NCBI RefSeq assembly: GCF_000010625.1
Contig: NC_010296.1
Location: 2,460,001-2,492,000 of the forward strand
Direction: 5' to 3'
DNA: 32,000 nt
Origin: Microcystis aeruginosa NIES-843
GTDB lineage: Bacteria > Cyanobacteriota > Cyanobacteriia > Cyanobacteriales > Microcystaceae
A program made the position numbers and the translations under genes. The number at the start of each line of letters is the position of its first letter. Position 1 is the first letter of the stretch. This document shows, in pieces, positions 1-7,256 of the stretch. Under the pieces are notes generated by a model. The model was not told the DNA's origin. It worked only from the letters and a program-made list of their open reading frames with translations, and did not search any database.

Positions 1-191
1 CGGGCCACTTCCATGCCTTCCTCTGGAGTCAAGCGCCCATTGCGGCTCTCCTCCAAAAAAGCTTGATTATCCCCATCTGCTAAACCGCGACGGCCGCGAT
101 TAGCCAACACTGTCCCCAAAACACCGCCCACTAAACCACCGACAATCGCACCGGCTAAAAAACCGCCCGTAAACCCATCTCGCTGACTCAT
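1..191 (-). CDS. Gly-rich small membrane protein (YtxH/glycine-zipper-like), partial; C-terminus lies beyond the window edge
   Basis: ATG at 191-189 on the minus strand. The frame MSQRDGFTGGFLAGAIVGGLVGGVLGTVLANRGRRGLADGDNQAFLEESRNG... stays open to base 1. It starts 14 nt after the upp stop on the same strand. It is missing from the ORF track because the window truncates it. Confidence 0.45.
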   Translation of the reverse strand, partial: MSQRDGFTGGFLAGAIVGGLVGGVLGTVLANRGRRGLADGDNQAFLEESRNGRLTPEEGMEVA

Positions 192-205
192 AATCCCTTT
201 TTCTC

Positions 206-859
206 CTAATAGGTTCCAAAAGCTCGATCGCCGGCATCGCCCAATCCCGGCACGATGTAACCGCCGCTATTTAATCCTTCATCGATAATAGCCGTATAGA
301 TGTTCAAGCTGGGATAATTTTGACTCAATTTCTGTAAAGCTGGCGGGGCAGCCACCACGGAAATCAGGCGAATCAGGGTAGGATCAACGCCTCTGCCGGT
401 AATTTCTGCCATTGCCATGGAAATTGATCCCCCCGTGGCTAACATCGGTTCGAGAATTAAGACTCTCGTGGCCGGATCAAAACTGGCCGGTAATTTATTT
501 AAATAACAACTCACCTCCAGGGTTTCCTCATTTCTGGCCAAACCGAGGTGATAGGTACTAGCTAGGGGTAAAAGGCTTTGGGCCCCTTCCAACAGGGCTA
601 ATCCTGCCCTTAAAATCGGAACTACGGCGATCGGTACGCTAGGATCGATAAAAGTAGCGGCACATTCCGCTAGAGGGGTTTTAACGCTAGTTTCCAGGGT
701 CGGCAACCATTGCCGCGCCGCTTCGTAGGTTAACCAGCGCCCTAGTTCCGTCATCGCTGTTTTAAACAGTACCGAGGGGGTATTTTGATCGCGGGCGACC
801 GCCAGCCAATGCTTAACCAGAGGATGTTCGGGAACGTAGACCCGCAGTTGTAATACCAT
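206..859 (-). CDS. upp: uracil phosphoribosyltransferase
   Basis: 217 aa. UPRTase hallmarks: VPILRAGL, the PRPP loop LEPMLATGGS, and the C-terminal uracil-binding YIVPGLGDAGDRAFGT. Confidence 0.9.
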   Translation of the reverse strand: MVLQLRVYVPEHPLVKHWLAVARDQNTPSVLFKTAMTELGRWLTYEAARQWLPTLETSVKTPLAECAATFIDPSVPIAVVPILRAGLALLEGAQSLLPLASTYHLGLARNEETLEVSCYLNKLPASFDPATRVLILEPMLATGGSISMAMAEITGRGVDPTLIRLISVVAAPPALQKLSQNYPSLNIYTAIIDEGLNSGGYIVPGLGDAGDRAFGTY

Positions 860-1032
860 GAAAACACTAGAACTCGATCGAGGGCTAAACTTTATCTTAA
901 GCGAAAAAGCCTTCAGGAGTCAGTTATCAGTGATCAGTGATCAGTAATCAGCTTTTTTCTCCCTATCTCCCCATCCCCCAACCCCACACCCCACTTCCCA
1001 CACCCCTAAAACCCAACCCCCACCACTAGGTT

Positions 1033-1070
1033 AAAATAAAAGCAAGCCAGAAGCTTGCGAGCGGCTTCTG
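1033..1070 (-). terminator. rho-independent terminator downstream of rpsU
   Basis: On the minus strand, CAGAAGC-cgctcgcaa-GCTTCTG (1070-1048) is followed by gcttgcTTTTATTTT. It begins 13 nt after the rpsU stop. Confidence 0.6.
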
Positions 1071-1082
1071 ACTTGGGGAGTT

Positions 1083-1265
1083 TTAACGACGACGGGTTCT
1101 TTGTCGTCTCCGGGCTACTGCTTTACGCTTTCTCTTTTCTTGAGGGGTTTCAAAAAATTGATGCTTTTTGATATCCGCATAAATTCCCGCTTTCGCTACC
1201 TGTCGCTTAAAACGACGCAGGGCTGATTCGATCGCCTCGTTCTGACCAACTACCACTTGGGTCAT
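1083..1265 (-). CDS. rpsU: 30S ribosomal protein S21
   Basis: 60-aa highly basic protein, [48 protein letters not shown]..., a typical bS21. Confidence 0.95.
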   Translation of the reverse strand: MTQVVVGQNEAIESALRRFKRQVAKAGIYADIKKHQFFETPQEKRKRKAVARRRQRTRRR

Positions 1266-1331
1266 TAACCTAATTCACCTCCTGTAATCGCTCTCTGCCT
1301 AAAAAATGCCAACTTCTCATTATAGCACAAT

Positions 1332-1685
1332 CTAGGGTAAAAAGCGATCCAAGGCGGCCTTTAATTCTTCAATTTCTGTCTCGATACTACCTTCCTGGGC
1401 AGCCCGGGCAATACATTCGCTCAGATGTTCGTCGAGGATCATTCTGGCGACGCGATCAATCGCCCCGCGAATAGCGGCAATTTGCATCAAAACTTCGGGA
1501 CAGGGACGATTTTCCGATACCATCGTCTTGATGCCGCGAATATGTCCTTCGATGCGCGAGAGACGGTTAATAATTTGCTTCAGGGAAGCTTCGCTATGGA
1601 CGTGGGGAGTCCCTTTTGACTCGTGGTCATGTCCCGTCTCGTCGTGGTTGTGAAGGGGGTCGAAAGGGGTAATTTGATTAGTCAA
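1332..1685 (-). CDS. CsoR/RcnR (DUF156) family metal-sensing transcriptional repressor with a His-rich N-terminal tail (InrS-like)
   Basis: 117 aa. Family core LKQIINRLSRIEGHIRGIKTMV...RPCPEVLMQIAAIRGAIDRVARMILDEHLSEC, with Cys in helix 2 and H-x3-C in helix 3. The N-terminal segment HNHDETGHDHESKGTPHVH is rich in His. Confidence 0.85.
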   Translation of the reverse strand: MTNQITPFDPLHNHDETGHDHESKGTPHVHSEASLKQIINRLSRIEGHIRGIKTMVSENRPCPEVLMQIAAIRGAIDRVARMILDEHLSECIARAAQEGSIETEIEELKAALDRFLP

Positions 1686-1855
1686 GACCTTACCGTCAAT
1701 TCAGTTCTACTCTCTAGTGTGCCACAGTTGCGAACCCCAGTCCCTAGAATGGTTTTGTCTGGTTTAAATTTCCGTTCAGGGGTCTTCGGTTTGAAAGTGG
1801 GAAGTGGGAAGTGGGAAGTAGGTTTTTTAAAGTTCGATTGGGAGTGAGAGATTAA

Positions 1856-1927
1856 AGCTGGTGATGGGATTTGAACCCGCGACCGGCTGATTACAAATCA
1901 GCTGCTCTACCACTGAGCTACACCAGC
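1856..1927 (-). tRNA. tRNA-Thr (anticodon UGU)
   Basis: Minus-strand sequence GCTGGTGTAGCTCAGTGGTAGAGCAGCTGATTTGTAATCAGCCGGTCGCGGGTTCAAATCCCATCACCAGCT. It has a 7-bp acceptor stem, a D arm GCTC/GAGC, an anticodon stem GCTGA/TCAGC with loop TT-TGT-AA, and a TTCAAAT T-loop. The T stem has one C-A mismatch. CCA is not encoded. Confidence 0.8.
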
Positions 1928-1957
1928 ATTTTTGACCAACCAATTATAACACAAATA

Positions 1958-2030
1958 GGGCTTGCTGAAAAAGTTTTTCCCGCGGGCAGGGTGTGGGGTT
2001 TTAAGCTAAGACCGATTTTAACCGTCTGTC
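1958..2030. repeat. end fragment of the GGGYYTGCTGAA... MITE family (family A variant)
   Basis: GGGCTTGCTGAAAAAGTTTTTCCCGCGGGCAGGGTGTGGGGTTTTAAGCTAAGA matches the reverse complement of 27640-27716 and the TIRs of the MITEs at 8947, 12310, 27196 and 30758. The inner boundary is uncertain. Confidence 0.5.
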
Positions 2031-2106
2031 CCCCCCGAGCAGATTCATCCCGCTGCTTTCCCTCCCTAGTCCGCGACCGGAAGACTAGGGAGCGATACAC
2101 AGAGGT

Positions 2107-4005
2107 TCAATGAGTCAAAAGGGATGACCAATAATCAGTTATCAATGACCATTGACCGTTTAATAAGAGCCAGATTAATCCCCCTATTCCCAAAAGAATA
2201 GTCAAAACATAAAACTGTGATTGACCAGAAACATTATACTTTAAGGCACTGCCGCTAAAAATCGTCGCTAAACTGACCAAATTAACCAGACCATCAATAA
2301 TATAACGATCGAGCCAAGCGGTAATTTTTGACAGGCTTCCCACCGCTAAAACCACGGTAAACTGATAGATGCGATCAAGATAGAAGTCATAAGCGAACAA
2401 ATCTTGCAAGAATCGCAGGATTAACCCAGTTGGTCTCGCCCAAGCTCGTCTTAACTCTACCATTAACCCGATAACTAGGCCAATTACTCCAGAGGCCATC
2501 AGTAAGGGAAAACCCCAGACAATAGTAAAACTCTGGTTATTAACGAGAGGATTGGTGAAAGATAGCCAAAAATCCCAACGTAGGGGAATAATCGGGGCCA
2601 ATAAAACGATTAAAATCAACGATACCATGGGCAAAGCCATCGGCCAAGCCACTTCCGGGGTGCGATGGGTCTTACTTTGGGTTTGTCCCAAAAAGACTAA
2701 ACGAAAGACCCGCGTGAGATTGACGATGCTAAGACAATTAACAAAGATTAAAACCGCTAATAACCACCAAGGAATCGCCCATTCACCACTTAACCACCGT
2801 TTTAATGTCCAAAACATCCCCAGGGGCATTAAAACCGTCATCCCCGCGGAACCTCCTAAAAAGGCCGTGGTTGTAGCCGGCATTCTTGCCCAAATTCCCC
2901 CCATTTCCGTGATATTCTGGTTACTGGTGGTGAGAATTAAGGCTCCTGCGCTCATAAACAATAAAGCTTTTGCAATCGCATGGGAGAATAAAATTAGTAA
3001 AGCGATATCCACATGACCTAATCCCACCGCAATAAAGACCAAACCGAGATAGGCACTGGTGGAGTGGCATAAAACCCGTTTAATATCAATTTGGGATAAG
3101 GCCATCAGAGAAGTACCAATTGCCGTCATTGTCCCCAACACTATTAAAACATTGGCAGCGATCGGAGATAGGGTAAACACCGGCTGCAGCTTAATTAAAA
3201 CATAGGCCCCCGCCGAAACCACGATCGAATTCCGCATGATTCCGGCTGGATTTGGTCCCTCCATCGCCTCATCTAGCCACAAATTCAGGGGAAATTGGGC
3301 GCATTTACCCGTTGGACCAGCAATAAGGGCTAATCCTAACAAAGTCGCCGTCAGAGGCGGTACAGGGTTATTTACTGCCCAATTTTCTAACTGAGAAAAA
3401 CTCAATCCTTCTCCGTAACTGGACAGAGCCACCAAACCCATCAATAAAATAATATCGCCGACGCGCTTGGTTAAAAAGGCATCTCGGGCCGCGGTTACTA
3501 CCAAAGGTTGGGCATACCAAAAACCGACGAGGAGATAGGTAGAGACCGTTAACATCTCTAGGAAAGCGTAACTGAATAGTAGGGAGTCACTCAGGGCAAT
3601 TCCCCCCAAAGCTGCCTCAAAAAAGCCCATTAAGCCATAAAATCTCGCCAAAGACCAATCCTTTTCCATGTAGCCAAGGGCATAGATTTGGGCCAAGAGA
3701 CTGACGAGGGTAATCACTTCCAGCGTCCCCAAACTGACGGGAGAAAGTTCGATCGAAAGGGATAAACTAAGATCGGCCACTTTTACCCATTCAAAAGTCA
3801 GTTTAATCGTCTCTCGATGCCAAATTTGATTAAAAGCGATCGTTCCGTGTATTAACCCTAATACGGTCATCAATAGGTTAATATAAGCGGCCGGCCGCGG
3901 ACCGGTGCGACTAATAATGCCTAAAGACCAAGGCAAGGTTAAAATCGAACCAATTAAGCCATAAATGGGAATTAACCAGCAAGTGTAAAGGAATAAATCT
4001 TTCAT
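2107..4005 (-). CDS. ndhF: NAD(P)H-quinone oxidoreductase subunit 5 family protein, NdhF3/NdhF4 (CO2-uptake NDH-1) type
   Basis: 632-aa polytopic membrane protein of the NuoL/ND5 proton-pumping antiporter-like family. The N-terminus ...WLIPIYGLIGSILTLPWSLGIISRTGPRPAAYINLLMT resembles cyanobacterial NdhF3/F4 as I recall them. Confidence 0.8.
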   Translation of the reverse strand: MKDLFLYTCWLIPIYGLIGSILTLPWSLGIISRTGPRPAAYINLLMTVLGLIHGTIAFNQIWHRETIKLTFEWVKVADLSLSLSIELSPVSLGTLEVITLVSLLAQIYALGYMEKDWSLARFYGLMGFFEAALGGIALSDSLLFSYAFLEMLTVSTYLLVGFWYAQPLVVTAARDAFLTKRVGDIILLMGLVALSSYGEGLSFSQLENWAVNNPVPPLTATLLGLALIAGPTGKCAQFPLNLWLDEAMEGPNPAGIMRNSIVVSAGAYVLIKLQPVFTLSPIAANVLIVLGTMTAIGTSLMALSQIDIKRVLCHSTSAYLGLVFIAVGLGHVDIALLILFSHAIAKALLFMSAGALILTTSNQNITEMGGIWARMPATTTAFLGGSAGMTVLMPLGMFWTLKRWLSGEWAIPWWLLAVLIFVNCLSIVNLTRVFRLVFLGQTQSKTHRTPEVAWPMALPMVSLILIVLLAPIIPLRWDFWLSFTNPLVNNQSFTIVWGFPLLMASGVIGLVIGLMVELRRAWARPTGLILRFLQDLFAYDFYLDRIYQFTVVLAVGSLSKITAWLDRYIIDGLVNLVSLATIFSGSALKYNVSGQSQFYVLTILLGIGGLIWLLLNGQWSLITDYWSSLLTH

Positions 4006-4835
4006 TCAGGGTGTTGGGGTGTTGGGGTGTTGGGGTGTTGGGGTGTTAGGGTGTTAGGGTGTTAGGGTTTTAGGGTGTTAGGGTGTTAGGGTTTTAGTTG
4101 AAATTCCCCATTCCCCCATTTCCCCATTTCCCCATTTCCCCATTTCCCCACTTCCCCACTTCCCCACTTCCCTGTTTTTGGCCATAAAAAACTAACACTC
4201 GATCGAGAAGGGAGCGAGTTTAGTCAATTTAGTTATTTTACAGTTAATCCCGGGATCAGGCTAAATGCGCTGTAATAAAGATTTACCGTGGGAATCGGTG
4301 CTACAGGTGGCGAATAGGTGTTAGGGTTTTAGGGTGTTAGGGTGTTAGGGTTTTAGTTGAAATTCCCCATTTCCCCATTTCCCCATTTCCCCACTTCCCC
4401 ACTTCCCCACTTCCCTGTTTTTGGCCATAAAAAACTAACACTCGATCGAGAAGGGAGCGAGTTTAGTCAATTTAGTTATTTTACAGTTAATCCCGGGATC
4501 AGGCTAAATGCGCTGTAATAAAGATTTACCGTGGGAATCGGTGCTACAGGTGGCGAATAGGTGTTAGGGTTTTAGGGTGTTAGGGTGTTAGGGTTTTAGT
4601 TGAAATTCCCCATTTCCCCATTCCCCCATTTCCCCATTTCCCCATTTCCCCATTTCCCCACTTCCCCACTTCCCCACTTCCCCACTTCCCTGTTTTTGGC
4701 CATAAAAAACTAACACTCGATCGAGAAGGGAGCGAGTTTAGTCAATTTAGTTATTTTACAGTTAATCCCGGGATCAGGCTAAATGCGCTGTAATAAAGAT
4801 TTACCGTGGGAATCGGTGCTACAGGTGGCAAATAA
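4006..4835. repeat. tandem triplication (units 4006-4317, 4318-4560, 4561-4835) with internal 8-nt microsatellites
   Basis: CGAATAG recurs at 4311 and 4554, giving a 243-bp period. The third unit, 275 bp, merges into the real 3' end of the PHP gene. Each unit contains (GGTGTTAG/GGTTTTAG)n, (CCCCATTT)n, (CCCCACTT)n, a unique ~110-bp core, and a copy of the last 19 codons of ORF 4779..5462. Confidence 0.9.
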
Positions 4836-5462
4836 TTGATATTGACGACTAAGAGCGAGAGCTTGTTCGGTTTCCCGTTGACTCGGTAGCCAGGGTTTGG
4901 GATTGCCGTAGGCATAAAAGGCCTCAATACCATCAATACCCAATTCTACCGCCGCCGCTACTAAATCGGCTGCGGGGCGATGGTAACGAAAGGGATGGGC
5001 GAGAACCACTAAGGCCCCCGCTTGCTGTAAACTGTTAATGACTCTAGAGGCCAAAGCTAGATCTCCTTCCGGTTTGGCTCTTTGCAGATAGGGAGTCAAA
5101 ACGGTATGAGTAGGATCGAAACCATAGCCAAGAATATGCACTTCTGTCTCTAAGAGATTCGCCGTAATTTCTACCCCTGTCCAGAGATGGGGTAGAGAAC
5201 CCTTTAAATGCTCATTTTCTAGCCAAATTTGGGCTTGTCGATAACCTTCGATCGAGTGATGATCAGTAATTGCTAATCCTTTTAGTCCGATGTCTAACGC
5301 TTGTCTCATCAAGTCTTGGGGACTCATTTGACCATCGGAACAATGGGTATGAAGATGGAAATTGTAATGGTAGGGACAACTATCATAGCCGACATTTGCC
5401 CACACCGCTTTCAGGGCGAGGGTATCTTGAGCTAGGGGTGGAATTGTAGCAGAAACGACCAT
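4779..5462 (-). CDS. PHP-domain metal-dependent phosphoesterase (TrpH/YciV-like)
   Basis: 227 aa. PHP motifs HLHTHCSDG, AITDHH, VLAHP and STDSHG. Confidence 0.8.
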   Translation of the reverse strand: MVVSATIPPLAQDTLALKAVWANVGYDSCPYHYNFHLHTHCSDGQMSPQDLMRQALDIGLKGLAITDHHSIEGYRQAQIWLENEHLKGSLPHLWTGVEITANLLETEVHILGYGFDPTHTVLTPYLQRAKPEGDLALASRVINSLQQAGALVVLAHPFRYHRPAADLVAAAVELGIDGIEAFYAYGNPKPWLPSQRETEQALALSRQYQLFATCSTDSHGKSLLQRI

Positions 5463-5531
5463 GCAGTATTGAGGAAATTTCCCAAAGATTACAAATTGTT
5501 AACAATCAGCATAGCAAATACCAAAAAAAAT

Positions 5532-5827
5532 TGGGTAGCTGCTGTTACCACTAATACTAAATCCTGTTTCAAAGGTGTGGGGAAGTGGGGAAGTAGGGAA
5601 GTGGGGAAATGGGGAAATGGGGAAATGGGGGAATGGGGAATTTCAACTATAGCGTTTCCTGTTCGCAAGAGGTACACTATCGATGTTGAAAAGCTTAATT
5701 AGCAAAGGTTTAAGTGTGCCACACAGGTGTGAGAACCGCTATAAAACCCTAACACCCTAACACCCTAACACCCTAACACCCCACACCCCACACCCTGCCC
5801 CCAGGAAAAACTTTTTGCCGCAAACCC
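5532..5827. repeat. mosaic MITE-like repeat with 8-nt and 7-nt STR tracts
   Basis: (GGGGAAGT)n(GGGGAAAT)n at 5576-5650 is the inverted copy of 4094-4172. (CCCTAACA)4(CCCCACA)2 is followed by CCCTGCCCCCAGGAAAAACTTTTTGCCGCAAACCC, the family-A right TIR, ending at 5827. The left boundary is uncertain. Confidence 0.55.
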
Positions 5828-6026
5828 TAACTAGAAAAACTTTTAGTCTTGACTTGACATCCTCGCCGCCGTGAAACGGACGGTGATTCCCAAACCTCAC
5901 GATTTAGGTTTCTGCTTCTTTCCCGAAGGATTTTTCGCACCTGCCTTAACAGATTTACTCTGTTCTGGTCTTATGGTCGCTCTACAGACTGACACCGCAA
6001 GCCCTGCGGCCAAAATATTTTTACTA

Positions 6027-7256
6027 AGCTTTTACGCATTTAAGTTACATTGACAGCATTACCCTTATTTTTAAGTTTTCTACTCCATTTAATAATCAAT
6101 CCCCCTTCATTTAAAAGCTGATTGACTACTTTTTCCAGTTCTTCTTTATTTTCAAATTCTCGATTAGCTATGTATTCTTTAGCGGAATGCCATACTAATT
6201 CTATTAGGTTGTAATCTGGACTATAAGCTGGTAAAAACTCTAGCCTAATATTGGGCAACTCTTTTTCCACCTGCTCAATAACATCTTTCTTTTTGTGATA
6301 ACTAGCATTGTCTAATATGATGATAATTTTCGGTCCTTTTTCTCGAAAATCTTCGGGCAGATTTCCCAAGTTTATCCATTCTTGACGAATCTCTTCATGA
6401 AGTTTCTTTAATTGTTCATGGAAAGTTTCTGAATTTCCTTTTTTGATCATAAAACAGACTCGTTTTTTGTCATTATATCTTAAGGCTCCCATCACATTCA
6501 CCCTTCCTCTTTTTCTTTGTCCATTCACTTTTTTTCGCTTTCCTTTTTTTGTCCAAGCTCTCCTTCTTATTACTCTCAAACTAAATCCACACTCATGAGG
6601 GGCTGTGTGGCGAACCTGCGTCGCCACCTTGAAAGCCCCGTCCCAAAACCATACCTGGATTGACTCTGGCTTTTCTTTAGCCAACCTTAAATATTCATCT
6701 AATTTTTCTTTAAATGCTTTTCTTAATTTCTTGTCTTGCTTATCTTCTAGACTATATTTCGCCCAGATATACACATACTTTTTTCTTCTCAATATTCTTC
6801 TCACTTGCGAGCCACTCAGTTTAATTCCTGTTTCCTTTTCTAGATGCTCTGCTAATCTTGCCGCTGTCCATCTCCCGAATTCATATCCAAATTCCTTCGG
6901 GTCTTCATCAACTATTTTTAATAGTAAATTAATATATTCCTCTGTGGCTTTTTTATGATTTCCATTTTTTCTCCCATCTTCTAGACTTTCTAAATTGTTA
7001 GGATCGCCGTGAACACACCAAGGGGCGACCGTTTTGAGTGAACAGCCAATAAAGTCAGCTATTTCTCGTTGAGTTTTTCCGTCGTTTAGCAAGAGAAACA
7101 TTAAAATTCTTTCCCTAACCTCTGCTCTTTCTTCTTCTTTAAGAGCTTTTTGTAAGTTTTTCTTTTCTTCTAAGTCTAGGAAATCTTTGGCTGGCATAAG
7201 TAGGATTTTTCTAAAATTACTATTTCTATTTTAGGTGGTTTAAGTGCGTTTTAGCT
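6027..7256 (-). mobile_element. IS630-family insertion sequence (#1), 1230 bp, TA target duplication
   Basis: Imperfect ~25-bp TIRs: AGCTTTTACGCATTTAAGTTAC at 6027 and the reverse complement of 7235-7256, AGCTAAAACGCACTTAAACCAC. TA flanks both sides (6025-6026 and 7257-7258). The uninterrupted twin site at 31541-31556 reads TTTTTAC-TG-GCGTTAAT. Confidence 0.85.
6040..7197 (-). CDS. IS630/Tc1-mariner family DDE transposase
   Basis: 385 aa. N-terminal HTH (KTQREIADFIGCSLKTV). DDE_3 region IILDNASYHKK...LPAYSPDYNLIELVWHSAKEY. It carries a 15-aa insertion inside the first catalytic motif (see findings). Confidence 0.85.
   Translation of the reverse strand: MPAKDFLDLEEKKNLQKALKEEERAEVRERILMFLLLNDGKTQREIADFIGCSLKTVAPWCVHGDPNNLESLEDGRKNGNHKKATEEYINLLLKIVDEDPKEFGYEFGRWTAARLAEHLEKETGIKLSGSQVRRILRRKKYVYIWAKYSLEDKQDKKLRKAFKEKLDEYLRLAKEKPESIQVWFWDGAFKVATQVRHTAPHECGFSLRVIRRRAWTKKGKRKKVNGQRKRGRVNVMGALRYNDKKRVCFMIKKGNSETFHEQLKKLHEEIRQEWINLGNLPEDFREKGPKIIIILDNASYHKKKDVIEQVEKELPNIRLEFLPAYSPDYNLIELVWHSAKEYIANREFENKEELEKVVNQLLNEGGLIIKWSRKLKNKGNAVNVT

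Noticed and set aside
1871-2113. ORFs 1871-2113 (+) and 1918-2100 (-).
   Set aside because: They overlap the tRNA-Thr gene and a MITE end fragment and have no coding features.
2552-3016. A 154-aa plus-strand ORF antisense to ndhF. Similar antisense ORFs: 1425-1619 and 1623-1847 (csoR region), 6605-6958 (IS630), 16790-17110 (cphB), 18354-18635 and 19365-19709 (cphA), 21611-22011 (IS630#2), 24462-24759 (SDR), 25868-26098, and 28857-29146 (IS1634).
   Set aside because: Each lies entirely within a longer, motif-supported gene on the opposite strand (or in another frame of the same gene in the case of 24462-24701 and 28857-29042). Their compositions are low-complexity or atypical, so they are shadow ORFs.
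4006-4835. A regularly spaced repeat array that could be mistaken for CRISPR.
   Set aside because: The units are ~243-312 bp and the sequence between the short repeats is itself identical from unit to unit, so there are no unique spacers. It is a tandem segmental triplication with microsatellites, and no cas genes are present.
5469-5702. 77-aa and 62-aa ORFs (5469-5702 +, 5489-5677 -) with repetitive GKWG/PHFP peptides.
   Set aside because: They are translations of the (GGGGAAGT/GGGGAAAT)n microsatellite and have no independent coding signal.
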